From contig NC_068982.1 of NCBI RefSeq assembly GCF_001194135.2, forward strand, positions 62,064,716-62,100,946: DNA of 36,231 nucleotides. Direction: 5' to 3'. The notes below the pieces were generated by a model. It did no database searches, was not told where the DNA came from, and saw only the letters and a program-made list of their open reading frames with translations. Each line of letters starts with the position of its first letter. Positions within the stretch are counted from its first letter, which is position 1. The translations under genes were made by a program, and so were the position numbers. The DNA comes from Octopus bimaculoides. Its lineage: Eukaryota. Shown here one piece after another: positions 1 to 10,809 of this stretch.

Positions 1-47
<47 letters not shown>
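1..47. repeat. (AT)n microsatellite
   Basis: Dinucleotide run read directly. Confidence 0.98.
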
Positions 48-49
<2 letters not shown>

Positions 50-608
50 CGAAATTTGTTCAAAAAGAATCCGACTGTATTTTCCCCCCCGCCAAATCTA
101 ATGTCACGTGGGAAAAATCCCTTGGTTGGGAGGTGGCGCCCCCCTTCCAGCGCTTGTACAAAATCTTTCGCTGTTATATGCCCAAAGTACAGATGGATTT
201 TCGTTTTCACCGTGCGCATCGGGCAGAAGTGTTGGATTAAGTTTTGCTAAAAGCTTGGTGATACTCAAATTCAAACCATCCAGAAGATTCAGCAGGTCTT
301 TGATGATGATGCCGCGAACAATACTCAGATCAAGAAGTGGTACATCGGCTTCAAACATGGCCGCACATCAGAGGAGAGTTAGGCACGCTCAGGCAGACCA
401 TCCACAAACCGTAACGAGGAGCCTATGAGCGCGCACTACACCCCTGTACTCTAGGCGTAACAGTCAGGAACTGGTGCTGTCTACCGGTGTGAAAGTTTTC
501 ACGCATGCGTAGGAAAGGTGGCATCACCTCCCACCGAAAGGAATTTTCGCATGCAGCATTAGTTTTGGCGGGAACAAATAAAATTGAATGCTTTTTGAAC
601 GTATCTTG
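50..608 (+). mobile_element. Non-autonomous mariner element, internally deleted
   Basis: TA-flanked imperfect TIRs: TACGAAATTTGTTCAAAAAG (48-67) vs reverse complement of 591-610 TACAAGATACGTTCAAAAAG, 16/20 identical. 218-420 translates GQKCWIKFC*KLGDTQIQTIQKIQQVFDDDAANNTQIKKWYIGFKHGRTSEES*ARSGRPSTNRNEE, a mariner N-terminal HTH with two stops. No catalytic domain. Confidence 0.9.
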
Positions 609-610
609 TA

Positions 611-1059
611 TTGGGTTGACCAAAAAGTTCGTTCACTTTTTCTTTGCGCATGTGTATCCCTTAGATACCTAACACACTGACATGGTTTAGCGTTAACTTG
701 CGATGATACAGATTGTATTTTGTATATTAGAAATCACCCTGAAAAAGATGGACGAAAATGAACATTATTGACACATCATGCTATTTTTATTTTTTAAAAG
801 GCAAGAAAGCAGCGGAAGCCTGCAGGAAGATATGCACTGCGTACGGAGGGGATGCTGTTACGGGCCGAGTGTGCCAGAAATGGTCTTCAAAATTTCGATC
901 GTCCAGAACTTGCTAATTGTGAACGCATTGTCTTTCATCACGAAAATGCCAGCCCTCACACTTCTCTGTAGACGTGGTAGACTGGATCTTGGGTGGGACG
1001 TTTTGCAGTACCCTCCATATTCGTCCCATCTCGCAACTTCAGGTTTCCACCGGTTTTAG
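611..1059 (+). mobile_element. Mariner remnant (mellifera-like) with left TIR, large internal deletion and missing right end
   Basis: Starts TA|TTGGGTTGACCAAAAAGTTCGTTC. From ATG 748: MDENEHY*HIMLF(fs)KGKKAAEACRKICTAYGGDAVTGRVCQKWSSKFRS, fused near 900 to PELANCERIVFHHENASPHTSL...LDLGWDVLQYPPYSSHLATSGFHRF (HQDNARPHT and PPYSPDLAPSD motifs, degenerate). Confidence 0.88.
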
Positions 1060-1172
1060 TCGAACGAATCGATCCCAGTATTTATTTCGTTTTCTTAAAG
1101 AATGACATTTATTCTATCGGTCAGTTTTGCTGACCGATAGTTAGGTTGTTAAGCGGTGGCGACACACACACA

Positions 1173-1398
1173 CGAGCTGGCAGAAACGTTAGCACGCCGG
1201 GCGAAATGCTTAGCGGCATTTCGTCTGCCGCTACGTTCTGAGTTCAAATTCCGCCGAGGTCGACTTTGCCTTTCATCCTTTCGGGGTCGATTAAATAAGT
1301 ATCAGTTACGCAATGGGGTCGATATAATCGACTTACTCCGTTTGTCTGTCCTTGTTTGTCCCCTTTGTGTGTAGCCCCTTGTGGGTAGTAAAGAAATA
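1173..1398 (+). mobile_element. tRNA-derived SINE, family B (GGCGAGCTGGCAGAA... head)
   Basis: Matches at least 10 other copies in the window; B-box-like GAGTTCAAATTCC. Confidence 0.88.
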
Positions 1399-1470
1399 AC
1401 ACACACACACAGAAGCAGAGTTTAACATGCATTTTACCTGCGTAAAAAATGTAAATTAAGATAGAAACGA

Positions 1471-1622
1471 TATACGACGAGCTTGTTTGTGTTTTCGTCT
1501 ACAAGGCTTTGGTTGACCTGAGGCTAGAGCAGAAGACATTTCTCCAAGGTGTCACGAAGTGGGACTGAACCACGAATATGTGGTTGGGAAGCAAACTTCA
1601 TATCACACAGCCACGCCTGCGC
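1471..1622 (-). mobile_element. tRNA-derived SINE, family A (GGCGTGGCTGTGTGG... head)
   Basis: Reverse complement carries A-box TGGCTGTGTG and B-box GGTTCAGTCCC; homologous to 9470, 19500 and 34126. Confidence 0.88.
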
Positions 1623-1827
1623 AATATAAGGACGCTCGCGAGCGGAAGGGCGACATGACGGCGGCTGCATATGGAGAACTCACAGGTCACGTGGGGGTCA
1701 ACAAGCATGCGCTTGCGTCGACGAACACGAAACAGAAGAGCGCGACTAGAACGACCCTTCCAATAAAACCTCGTCCGATAAGGAAGACCCTGTATATAAT
1801 ATATTGCACGCGCATAGACACATGTAT

Positions 1828-1842
1828 ACATACATACATACA

Positions 1843-1878
<36 letters not shown>

Positions 1879-1884
1879 TGTATA
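1828..1884. repeat. (ATAC)n/(TA)n microsatellite before 10-N gap (1885-1894)
   Basis: Read directly. Confidence 0.95.
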
Positions 1885-1894
1885 NNNNNNNNNN

Positions 1895-3589
<1,695 letters not shown>

Positions 3590-5647
3590 GAGGGGTTACG
3601 TTCCTAGACCACCCGCGAAAAGTGAAAAGCCGCGAATATTGAATCTGGTCCATAAAAAGGCTTATAAATATCAAAATATGACGTAAGATATATGTATAAT
3701 ATTTAATAATAGTTTAACAAAAATAAAGTAAAATGTACGGTTATTCATCAATAATGAATGATATTGATTTAAGACGATGATGATGAATATAATGACGGTA
3801 CTGACTGCACAGCAAAGAAGATTTAAAGCTCTTCAGGTGACGCCTCTTCTTCAGGTGTTTTTAGGGGATGTATCTTCATGCAAGGCTTTCTTGGTGGGCT
3901 TGAGGAACATTGTGATGGGAAGTTGCTGTCATTGTTTCTTCATGGTCGTGAGGAGAGTTTTATATGTTTGCATGGCAGCGTCGATGGCATTTTTTAAATT
4001 GGAGAGACCGAACCATATAGGGACCCCTCGCTTCTGCCTTACCTTGCAATTCCTTTGCTGTCCTCAAAAGGTCGGACAGACGTTCGATTGTCAAGCGCAC
4101 CTCATTCTTCTATTCCTCTGGATCTGGCACTTCCTCCTCTTCGCTGGCAGACTTCGTTAACTCCTACAAATCTTCGTCTGTCAGGGTTTCAGAGTGGGCA
4201 TCAATGAGGTTGTTGACCTCATCTTGCGTGATGTCGTCAAAACCTTCGCCACCAAGTACCGTTGCCAGTTTCACCGCATTGTTGACAGCCTCGTGCTGAA
4301 TATCTTCAGGTGAGAATCCCTCGTATCCTGGACACACTCTGGCCACATCTTCCAGCATGCGATGACGGTTTCTTTTTTTCATGTCTTTAAGAGCAGCATG
4401 GGTGACTGACAGGCACGTTGCGATCATGAAGTTACGCCAGCACTCCTTTGACTTAAAATTCTCGTCCGAATCCATTGACGCAGTCCACAAGGTGTTGGAG
4501 AGTTCCAAGTGTAAAGTGCCTTGAAGGCACAGATCACGCCTTGATCCATAGGCTGGATGACAGAGGTGGTGTTGGCAGGGAGGAACTCGACTTGGACTCC
4601 CTCGTGATTCAAATCCAAAGAGTGACCACCAGCATTATCAATAACAAGCAACACCTTGAATTCCATGCATACGTTTTGGAGGTATTCCTTGGCTTGAGAG
4701 ATAAAGCATTGGTGGAACCAATTAAAAATTAGAATTTTGGTGATCCAGGCCTTGGGATTGTGCATCCAGTAGACAGGCAGCAGGTTTTTATTCATATTTT
4801 TGAAGTCCTACGGGTTCACGTACTTGTAGTTAAATCCTGGTTTGATCATGAAGCCAACAGCATTGCCACATATAATTAGCATCACTCTGTCCTTCTGTGC
4901 CTTAAATTCTGGGGCTCTGGCTTCGTCCTTCATGATGTATGTTCTGGAAAGCATCTTCTTCCAGAACAAGCCAGTTTCGTCCATATTGAAAACTTGTTCC
5001 GGCTTGCATCCCTTGTCCTCGATGATCTGCCTGTAGGTCTCGAGGTACTTCTCGGCGGCTTTCTTTGTCGGCTGATGCTCTCCATGCAAGGAAACACTTT
5101 ATTTTAAACCGTTTCTGGAAACGATCAAACTATCTCTTGCTGACTTGAAAGTCTTCGGGCTCCGGTGCTGTCAATGGTTTTGGTTGCGTTTCTTCGGTAC
5201 CTTCTGCTCCGTCTCCTCTGTCGAACTGCTGGTATAATTCCAGTGCTTTCTCACGAATGATGTTACTGCTCAAAGGGATGTTTTTCTTCTTGCAGCCACT
5301 GATCCATAATGCCAAAGCAGATTCCATCGTGACGAAGTGCTTATTTCTCACTATCGTTATCTTTTTGGCACTTTCACAGAAACTTAATACTACGGTAGTC
5401 CTGATCGGCACCTCGTTCTTCTTTAAGTAGCGAATGGTGTTTTCGTTGACAATACAATAGCGACGTACTGCAGCATAGCATTTACCTTTCCGGAACGTAT
5501 CCAATAGTTGTACCTTCTCATGGAGCGTCATAATCTTTTTCTGGCCTTTGAAGGCGTAGGGCTTTTGGGCGGCATCTTGGGGTTTTAATAACACGCCGCG
5601 AAAAACACAACACTCAACAAAATACTCGCGATAGCTACTGGACGCCC
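3590..5647 (-). mobile_element. Tigger/pogo-family DNA transposon; extreme 3' TIR eroded by microsatellite
   Basis: 3590-3640 GGGGTTACGTTCCTAGACCACCCGCGAAAAGTGAAAAGCCGCGAA is a Tigger-like subterminal sequence; encloses the transposase below. Confidence 0.88.
3830..5594 (-). pseudogene. TIGD1/Tigger1-like transposase pseudogene (CENP-B-type HTH plus DDE_1)
   Basis: KKIMTLHEKVQLLD...MESALALWI...IREKALELY (HTH); VFNMDETGLFWKK, LLVIDNAGGH, FLPANTTSVIQPMDQGVI (DD30D by my count); C-terminus EGFDDITQDEVNNLIDAHSETLTDEDL. Several stops and frameshifts. Confidence 0.93.
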
Positions 5648-5969
5648 TCCTCCCAAACCTACAAAATCTTCCTTTCGTCTAATATTACCCCTAGATACAG
5701 TAATCTACACCATAACAATAATAATAAGAGAGAGAGAGACACACACACAGAGGGGGAACAAGCAAGTAACCTAATTTCAATGAGGCTATATTGGCTCACG
5801 ACCTTAAAAATTATCCTGTTGAAATAAACAATGTGTATGATCAAATGTATCGATTATTTTTTAAAAAGCGCTGGTATAAAATTAACATTCAGTCTCGAGT
5901 TGTATATATATCTTTGATCTGTCATCGCTAGCCCAAGTAATTACTGGTGCGATACACTGTATATATATA

Positions 5970-6321
5970 NNNNNNNNNNNNNNNNNNNNNNNNNNNNNNN
6001 NNNNNNNNNNNNNNNNNNNNNNNNNNNNNNNNNNNNNNNNNNNNNNNNNNNNNNNNNNNNNNNNNNNNNNNNNNNNNNNNNNNNNNNNNNNNNNNNNNNN
6101 NNNNNNNNNNNNNNNNNNNNNNNNNNNNNNNNNNNNNNNNNNNNNNNNNNNNNNNNNNNNNNNNNNNNNNNNNNNNNNNNNNNNNNNNNNNNNNNNNNNN
6201 NNNNNNNNNNNNNNNNNNNNNNNNNNNNNNNNNNNNNNNNNNNNNNNNNNNNNNNNNNNNNNNNNNNNNNNNNNNNNNNNNNNNNNNNNNNNNNNNNNNN
6301 NNNNNNNNNNNNNNNNNNNNN
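5970..6321. other. Assembly gap (others: 1885-1894, 10810-11001, 12834-13740, 17969-18277, 19739-19884, 32206-32215)
   Basis: N runs; most are flanked by microsatellites, and this one by a long palindrome. Confidence 1.
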
Positions 6322-6378
6322 GAGACAACAAAGCCAAGGCTATGTGGGATTTTCAGGACATTTATAAAGAGAAAGTTA

Positions 6379-6426
6379 GTCTTACAGCTGTTTCTGGGAT
6401 ATTAGGAATATCCCTTCATCGGAGAC
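6379..6426 (-). ncRNA. Minimal type I hammerhead ribozyme motif (core U4C variant)
   Basis: GUCU-CCGAUGA-A-GGGAUAUU-ccu-AAUAUCCC-A-GAA-ACAGCUGU-A-AGAC: stem I GUCU/AGAC, 8-bp stem II, palindromic stem III ACAGCUGU, GUA cleavage triplet. Confidence 0.75.
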
Positions 6427-6678
6427 GATGTGAGATGGTTAAATAGAGGGAAATAGTAGAGTTCAATATAAGGAGTTATTTTGGAAAAGGGTGGAAATAA
6501 GAAGTATAAAGGGAAATAAGATAATAAAAGTAAAAATAAAAATATACGTAGGATGTTATATATTTTTATTTTTACTTTTATTCCCTTATTTCTCTTTATA
6601 CTTTTTATTTCCATCCTTTTCCAAAATAACTCCTTATATTGAACTCTACTATTTCCCTCTATTTAACCATCTCACATC

Positions 6679-6726
6679 GTCTCTGATGAAGGGATATTCC
6701 TAATATCCCAGAAAGATCTATAAGAC
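6679..6726 (+). ncRNA. Minimal type I hammerhead ribozyme motif (intact core, altered stem III)
   Basis: GUCU-CUGAUGA-A-GGGAUAUU-ccu-AAUAUCCC-A-GAAA-GAUCUAUA-AGAC. Confidence 0.75.
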
Positions 6727-7095
6727 TAACTTTCTCTTTATAAATGTCCTGAAAATCCCCCACAGCCTTGGCTTTATTGTCTCATTTTATTTAACATATA
6801 CATGCTCATACAGAGCATTAGATAGACCCATATTAGATTCCTCACTTGTATTATTATCGAACCGAGAGTTTAACTGCGGTCCTTCCACATCACCTACATA
6901 GACTTACTTGCCACTTTCACTTTCACTACAACAAGAGGTTGGTGTTGCTGAGAGGAAAATACAGCGAGAGAGGGAGAGAGTGTGTGTGTGTGTATTTGTG
7001 AAATATAGATAGATGTCGCTATACTAATTAGCAAGCTTTGATTGAACGCGGGAATTAGAGATACAAGATAACAGTGTACTTGTGTCTAAAACAAT

Positions 7096-7684
7096 GGATC
7101 TTTTTTAAAACGGGGGCCACATTTTTCATTAACGAAACACTTTAAAACTTGGAACACTGGTAGAATGTGTCATATAAAACATCTTTTTCTCTTAGTCTTC
7201 TTAAAAAAAAAAAAGAAATCCATAAGTTATTCCATGTTAAAGTTGTCGTATTTCTGTAATTTCAACCAATCACTGACGTCCATTCAGCCGATATACATTA
7301 AGTACCGACTACATAAACAAACGATTCTGAAACAATTAACCCTAACCCTAACCCTAACCCTAGGGTTAGGGTTAGGGTTAAGGGTTAGGGTTAAAGCAAA
7401 TTTAAAATGAAAAAAGCAAATAAAACGAAGGTATGGAGATTAAATACGCTTTACATCGCTTAATCAGCCAATGGAGTAAATATAAACAACTGAATACTTG
7501 TCAGTGATTGGTTGAAATTATCGAAATAAGACAATTTTTTACATGAAATAAATTCGAATACAAAAATATTTTTCTGTTCTATAACACAAAATAGATAAGT
7601 ATACGAAGTTTGAAAGTCTTTCGGTACCAAAAACACTACGTAAAACATTAATGAAAAATGTGGCCCCCGTTTTAAAATAGATCC
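7096..7684. mobile_element. Merlin-like MITE (589 bp) with 8-bp TSD and central telomeric palindrome
   Basis: TSD AAAACAAT at 7088-7095 and 7685-7692. 37-bp TIR GGATCT(T/A)TTTTAAAACGGGGGCCACATTTTTCATTAA with 1 mismatch. Second inverted block (...TTTCAACCAATCACTGAC) at ~7240-7290 / ~7490-7540. GG termini with an 8-bp TSD fit Merlin better than hAT or P. Confidence 0.8.
7337..7393. repeat. (TAACCC)4 joined to (TTAGGG)5: telomeric-repeat palindrome
   Basis: Perfect 38-bp palindrome 7343-7380 centred on CCCT|AGGG. Confidence 0.97.
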
Positions 7685-7692
7685 AAAACAAT

Positions 7693-7939
7693 TAAGTGAC
7701 GTGATGCGCGGCTGTTCTAATGTGAGAGATTCAATTGCGAAGGGGCGTCCAGTAAGCCGGCAAATGCGGTATATTGTCAATTGTAATTTAGTCTTAAAAG
7801 GTGTGAAAAAATATATATTACCACGAAAAAGAGCCATAAAAAATCGCGGACGATATTTACGATTCCGCGAATATGCCTTTCCGCGAACAATTATTAGTTC
7901 CGCGAATAACCGGGGCCGCGAATTAGCGGGGGTACACTG
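7693..7939 (-). mobile_element. Tigger-like terminal segment (5' end in minus orientation)
   Basis: Repeated CCGCGAA motifs ending ...GCCGCGAATTAGCGGGGGTACACTG|TA (reverse complement TA|CAGTGTACCCCCGCTAATTCGCGG). Confidence 0.75.
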
Positions 7940-8084
7940 TATGTATAAATAAACTTTAGAAGCATCGAATGTATCCGGTATTTTACAAACAAGAAAGTAA
8001 ATTTCAAACGTAGTAAAGCTGTAAGAACAGAAAAAGATTGGGTATTTACCGTCATGAGAGAGAAAAAAATATGCTGTGTTCGAA

Positions 8085-8175
8085 AATATATATATATATA
8101 TATACATACATACACACACACACCACACACATATATGCACATATAACCACACTTACATGTATTTATATATATCCC
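8085..8175. repeat. (TA)/(CA) microsatellite
   Basis: Read directly. Confidence 0.9.
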
Positions 8176-8737
8176 CTTTAAACACCGCACTAAATGAATC
8201 TCTGTCAGTCTATCACACTACCATTTTGTTGCACTGCTGTCTCTCATAGCCTTGACTTGTAATTGACAGCTTCACACATTTTGCTGTAGATACAAACCTA
8301 AAAGCACTATTTAAAACTATACTCCCTCCCTGCCACTCCGTCATAATCAACTTACATGAAACCAAACTTTAACAGAAATGTTTTCACCGCTATCAATCTA
8401 TTAGGCCTACTTTTCATTCAGCATAATAGCAACTTTTTTTTTATCAAAAGACAGAGAGATACAGAAAACGAGAGAGAGGTGAGGGGAGAAAGGGGAGGGG
8501 GAAGAGAGGGACACAAAAATTGCAAACACTTGTGTAAAAATTATCTTTCGTCGCGGCCCCTACATTCCACACCACACATATTTTCCGTTACACCTTCTCT
8601 CTTAATAACGTTGTTTAAATATAATGATGACAGTAGCTGGTAAAGTGGTAGTAAGATGAGGGTGGTAATAGTGGTAGTGATGGTTTTGTTTATGGTTGAT
8701 GTACTTGAAGTTCTGGTGGTGATAGTGAGAGTAATGC

Positions 8738-9123
8738 TGTCGTCGTGGCACTCCGTCGGTTACGACGACGAAGCTTCCAGTTGATCCGATCAACGGAACA
8801 GCCTGCTCGTGGAATTAACGTGCAAGTGGCTGAGCACTCCACCGACACACGTACCCTTAACGTAGTTCTCGGGGAGATTCAGCATGACACAGAGTGTGAC
8901 AAGGCTGGCCCTTCGAAATACAGGTACGACAGAAACAGAAAGGAAGAGAGAGAGAAAGTTGTGGTGAAAGTGTACAGCAAGGTTCGCCACCATCTCCTGT
9001 CGGATCCTCGTGGAGCTTTAGGTGTTTTCGCTCAATACATACTCACAACGCCCGGTCTGGGAATCGAAACCGCGATCCTACGACCGCGAATCCGCTGCCC
9101 TAACCACTGGGCCATTGTACCCC
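8738..9123 (-). mobile_element. tRNA-derived SINE, family C, full length
   Basis: Head TGGCCCAGTGGTTAGGGC...GGTTTCGATTCCC (A and B boxes), long body, 3' end ...GACGGAGTGCC(ACG)n. Confidence 0.88.
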
Positions 9124-9280
9124 AACGGGAGTAATGCAACTGGTGATAGAAATGCGTAGTGGTGATGGAGGTGGTAGTTGTATTATTAATGCTTAACCTC
9201 AGGCCTGCCTTGATCGAGAAAAACTTATGATGAAGACGGTCCAGCCCCGTCCATTACCATTCTGTTTTTAATTTCTAGAT

Positions 9281-9440
9281 ATGTGGCTGTGTTGTTAAGA
9301 AGCTCCTCAACTATGTGATTTCTGGTTCAGTCCCACTGCGTGGTATCATGAGCAAGTGTCCTCTACAATTGTCCCGGGATGACAAAAGCCTTATGAGTGG
9401 ATTTGGTTGACGGAAAACACCCTGCAAAATATGACGACGT
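9281..9440 (+). mobile_element. Degenerate SINE family A
   Basis: GGTTCAGTCCCACTGCGTGG...GAGTGGATTTGGTTGACGGAAA. Confidence 0.75.
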
Positions 9441-9469
9441 AACAGAGAAAAAAAAAGAAAAAAAAACTA

Positions 9470-9587
9470 GGCGCAGGAGTAGCTGTGTGATAAGAAGCTT
9501 GCTTCCCAACCACATAGTTCCGGGTTCTGTCCTACTGTGTCTTCTACCAAAGCTTTGTGAGCGAATTTGGTGGACGGAAAATGAAAG
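9470..9587 (+). mobile_element. SINE family A with internal deletions, cut by Merlin-like element
   Basis: Starts GGCGCAGGAGTAGCTGTGTG; ends ...GGAAAATGAAAG|GGATC. Confidence 0.82.
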
Positions 9588-10085
9588 GGATCTTTTTGGT
9601 TTGACGGGCAACATTTTTCATTAATGTTTTATGTAGTGTTTTTGGTACCGAAACACTTTCAAACTTCGTATACTTGTATATTTTGTATTATAGAACAGAG
9701 AAAAATGTTTGTATTCGAAGTTATTTCATGTAAAAAGTTGTCGTATTTCGGTAATTTCAACCAATCACTGACATCTATTGAGGTGAAAACAATTAATGGC
9801 GTGGAACGTAAACAACGGTGTCATGGGATCTTTTCCCTTGAATAAAATTAGTGCCGTTGTTTGTCAACAACAACTACCCGTGTTACTCTTATTTATGACA
9901 TTGTTCGTGCGTTTGTACTGGTTTTAGCTTTAGGGTTTTAGGACTAGGGTTCGGGTTTTAGAGTTAGGGTTAGTTTTAGGATTACGGTTAGGGTTATGAT
10001 TATTTTTGCCATAACCTCACTCATAACCCTAACCCTAACTCTAAAACCCGAACCCTAACCCTAAAACCCTAAACCCTTACTAGGG
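9588..10085. mobile_element. Second, truncated Merlin-like copy in opposite orientation, with telomere-like inverted repeat
   Basis: 9588-9782 closely matches the reverse complement of ~7490-7684. No second TIR or AATGAAAG TSD copy found downstream. Confidence 0.78.
9925..10082. repeat. Degenerate (TTAGGG)n...(CCCTAA)n inverted repeat with ~25-bp spacer
   Basis: Variant units TTCGGG, TTTTAG and TTAGAG appear in mirror order in the two arms. Confidence 0.9.
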
Positions 10086-10584
10086 AATAATGATATAATT
10101 AAACAGGGAATAACACTCTTAGTGGTTCAGCAAAAGACATCGATGGAATAAGTACCAGGTTAAAAAAAGAAGTACTGGGGTCGATTCATTCGACTAAAAA
10201 TACCTCCGCCTTCGATTCATTCGACTAAAACAATACCTCCGACTTCGTTATTCAACACGTGAAGAGAGGAAGATTTGCTTGCTATTTCTAACAGGTCCAG
10301 TGACCATGTAGAGGTTCCCTTTGTAGTTCATTAAGGGTATTGTTGTGGTTGCAATGGCGTTGGTGTTTAGTGTGACGAGGGTGTATTAAGTGTATGTGCA
10401 TGTGACTCGTAGGCCCTGAATTTCAATTAATAACTTCTGGTTGAGCAGATTGTGATTTTCTCATATCCACTTCTGCCTCTCTCCCCCTCACACTTTGAAA
10501 CGCCTCTCCCTCCCGTTACCCCGTGCTTTTGTAGTCATGTGAATCTTTCATCACAAAAAATGTCAAATGTCACGAGGTTGCTGT

Positions 10585-10809
10585 CTCCGCCGCCGCCACC
10601 AGGAGCAGCAGCAGCAGCACCACCACCACCTCTGTCGCCGCCGTCTCTACTACCAGCATCAGCATCACGACGACGACCACCACACCATCACCACTACAAT
10701 CACTACCACCAACACCACTATCGTCACCGCTACCACCGCCGCTACCGCCACTACTGCCACCATCACCACTGGTAGTAGTCGTCATCGCCGCCGCTACAAC
10801 CACCACCAC
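10585..10809. repeat. CAC/CGC/CAG trinucleotide low-complexity tract
   Basis: Read directly; source of spurious His/Thr/Pro ORFs. Confidence 0.92.

Larger units (their letters stand above)
6322..6783. mobile_element. Inverted-repeat (head-to-head) pair of Penelope-like terminal repeats (pLTRs)
   Basis: 6322-6546 is near-perfectly complementary to 6559-6783 with a ~12-nt spacer. Each arm contains a hammerhead motif reading outward. Confidence 0.78.

Noticed and set aside
3830-5594. Domesticated TIGD host gene
   Set aside because: Multiple stops and frameshifts plus retained transposon end sequence indicate a dead element.
7337-10082. Ancestral telomere-telomere chromosome fusion site
   Set aside because: The first tract has the wrong polarity and lies inside a TSD-flanked element. 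The second has fusion polarity, but its arms share mirrored variants, indicating inverted duplication.
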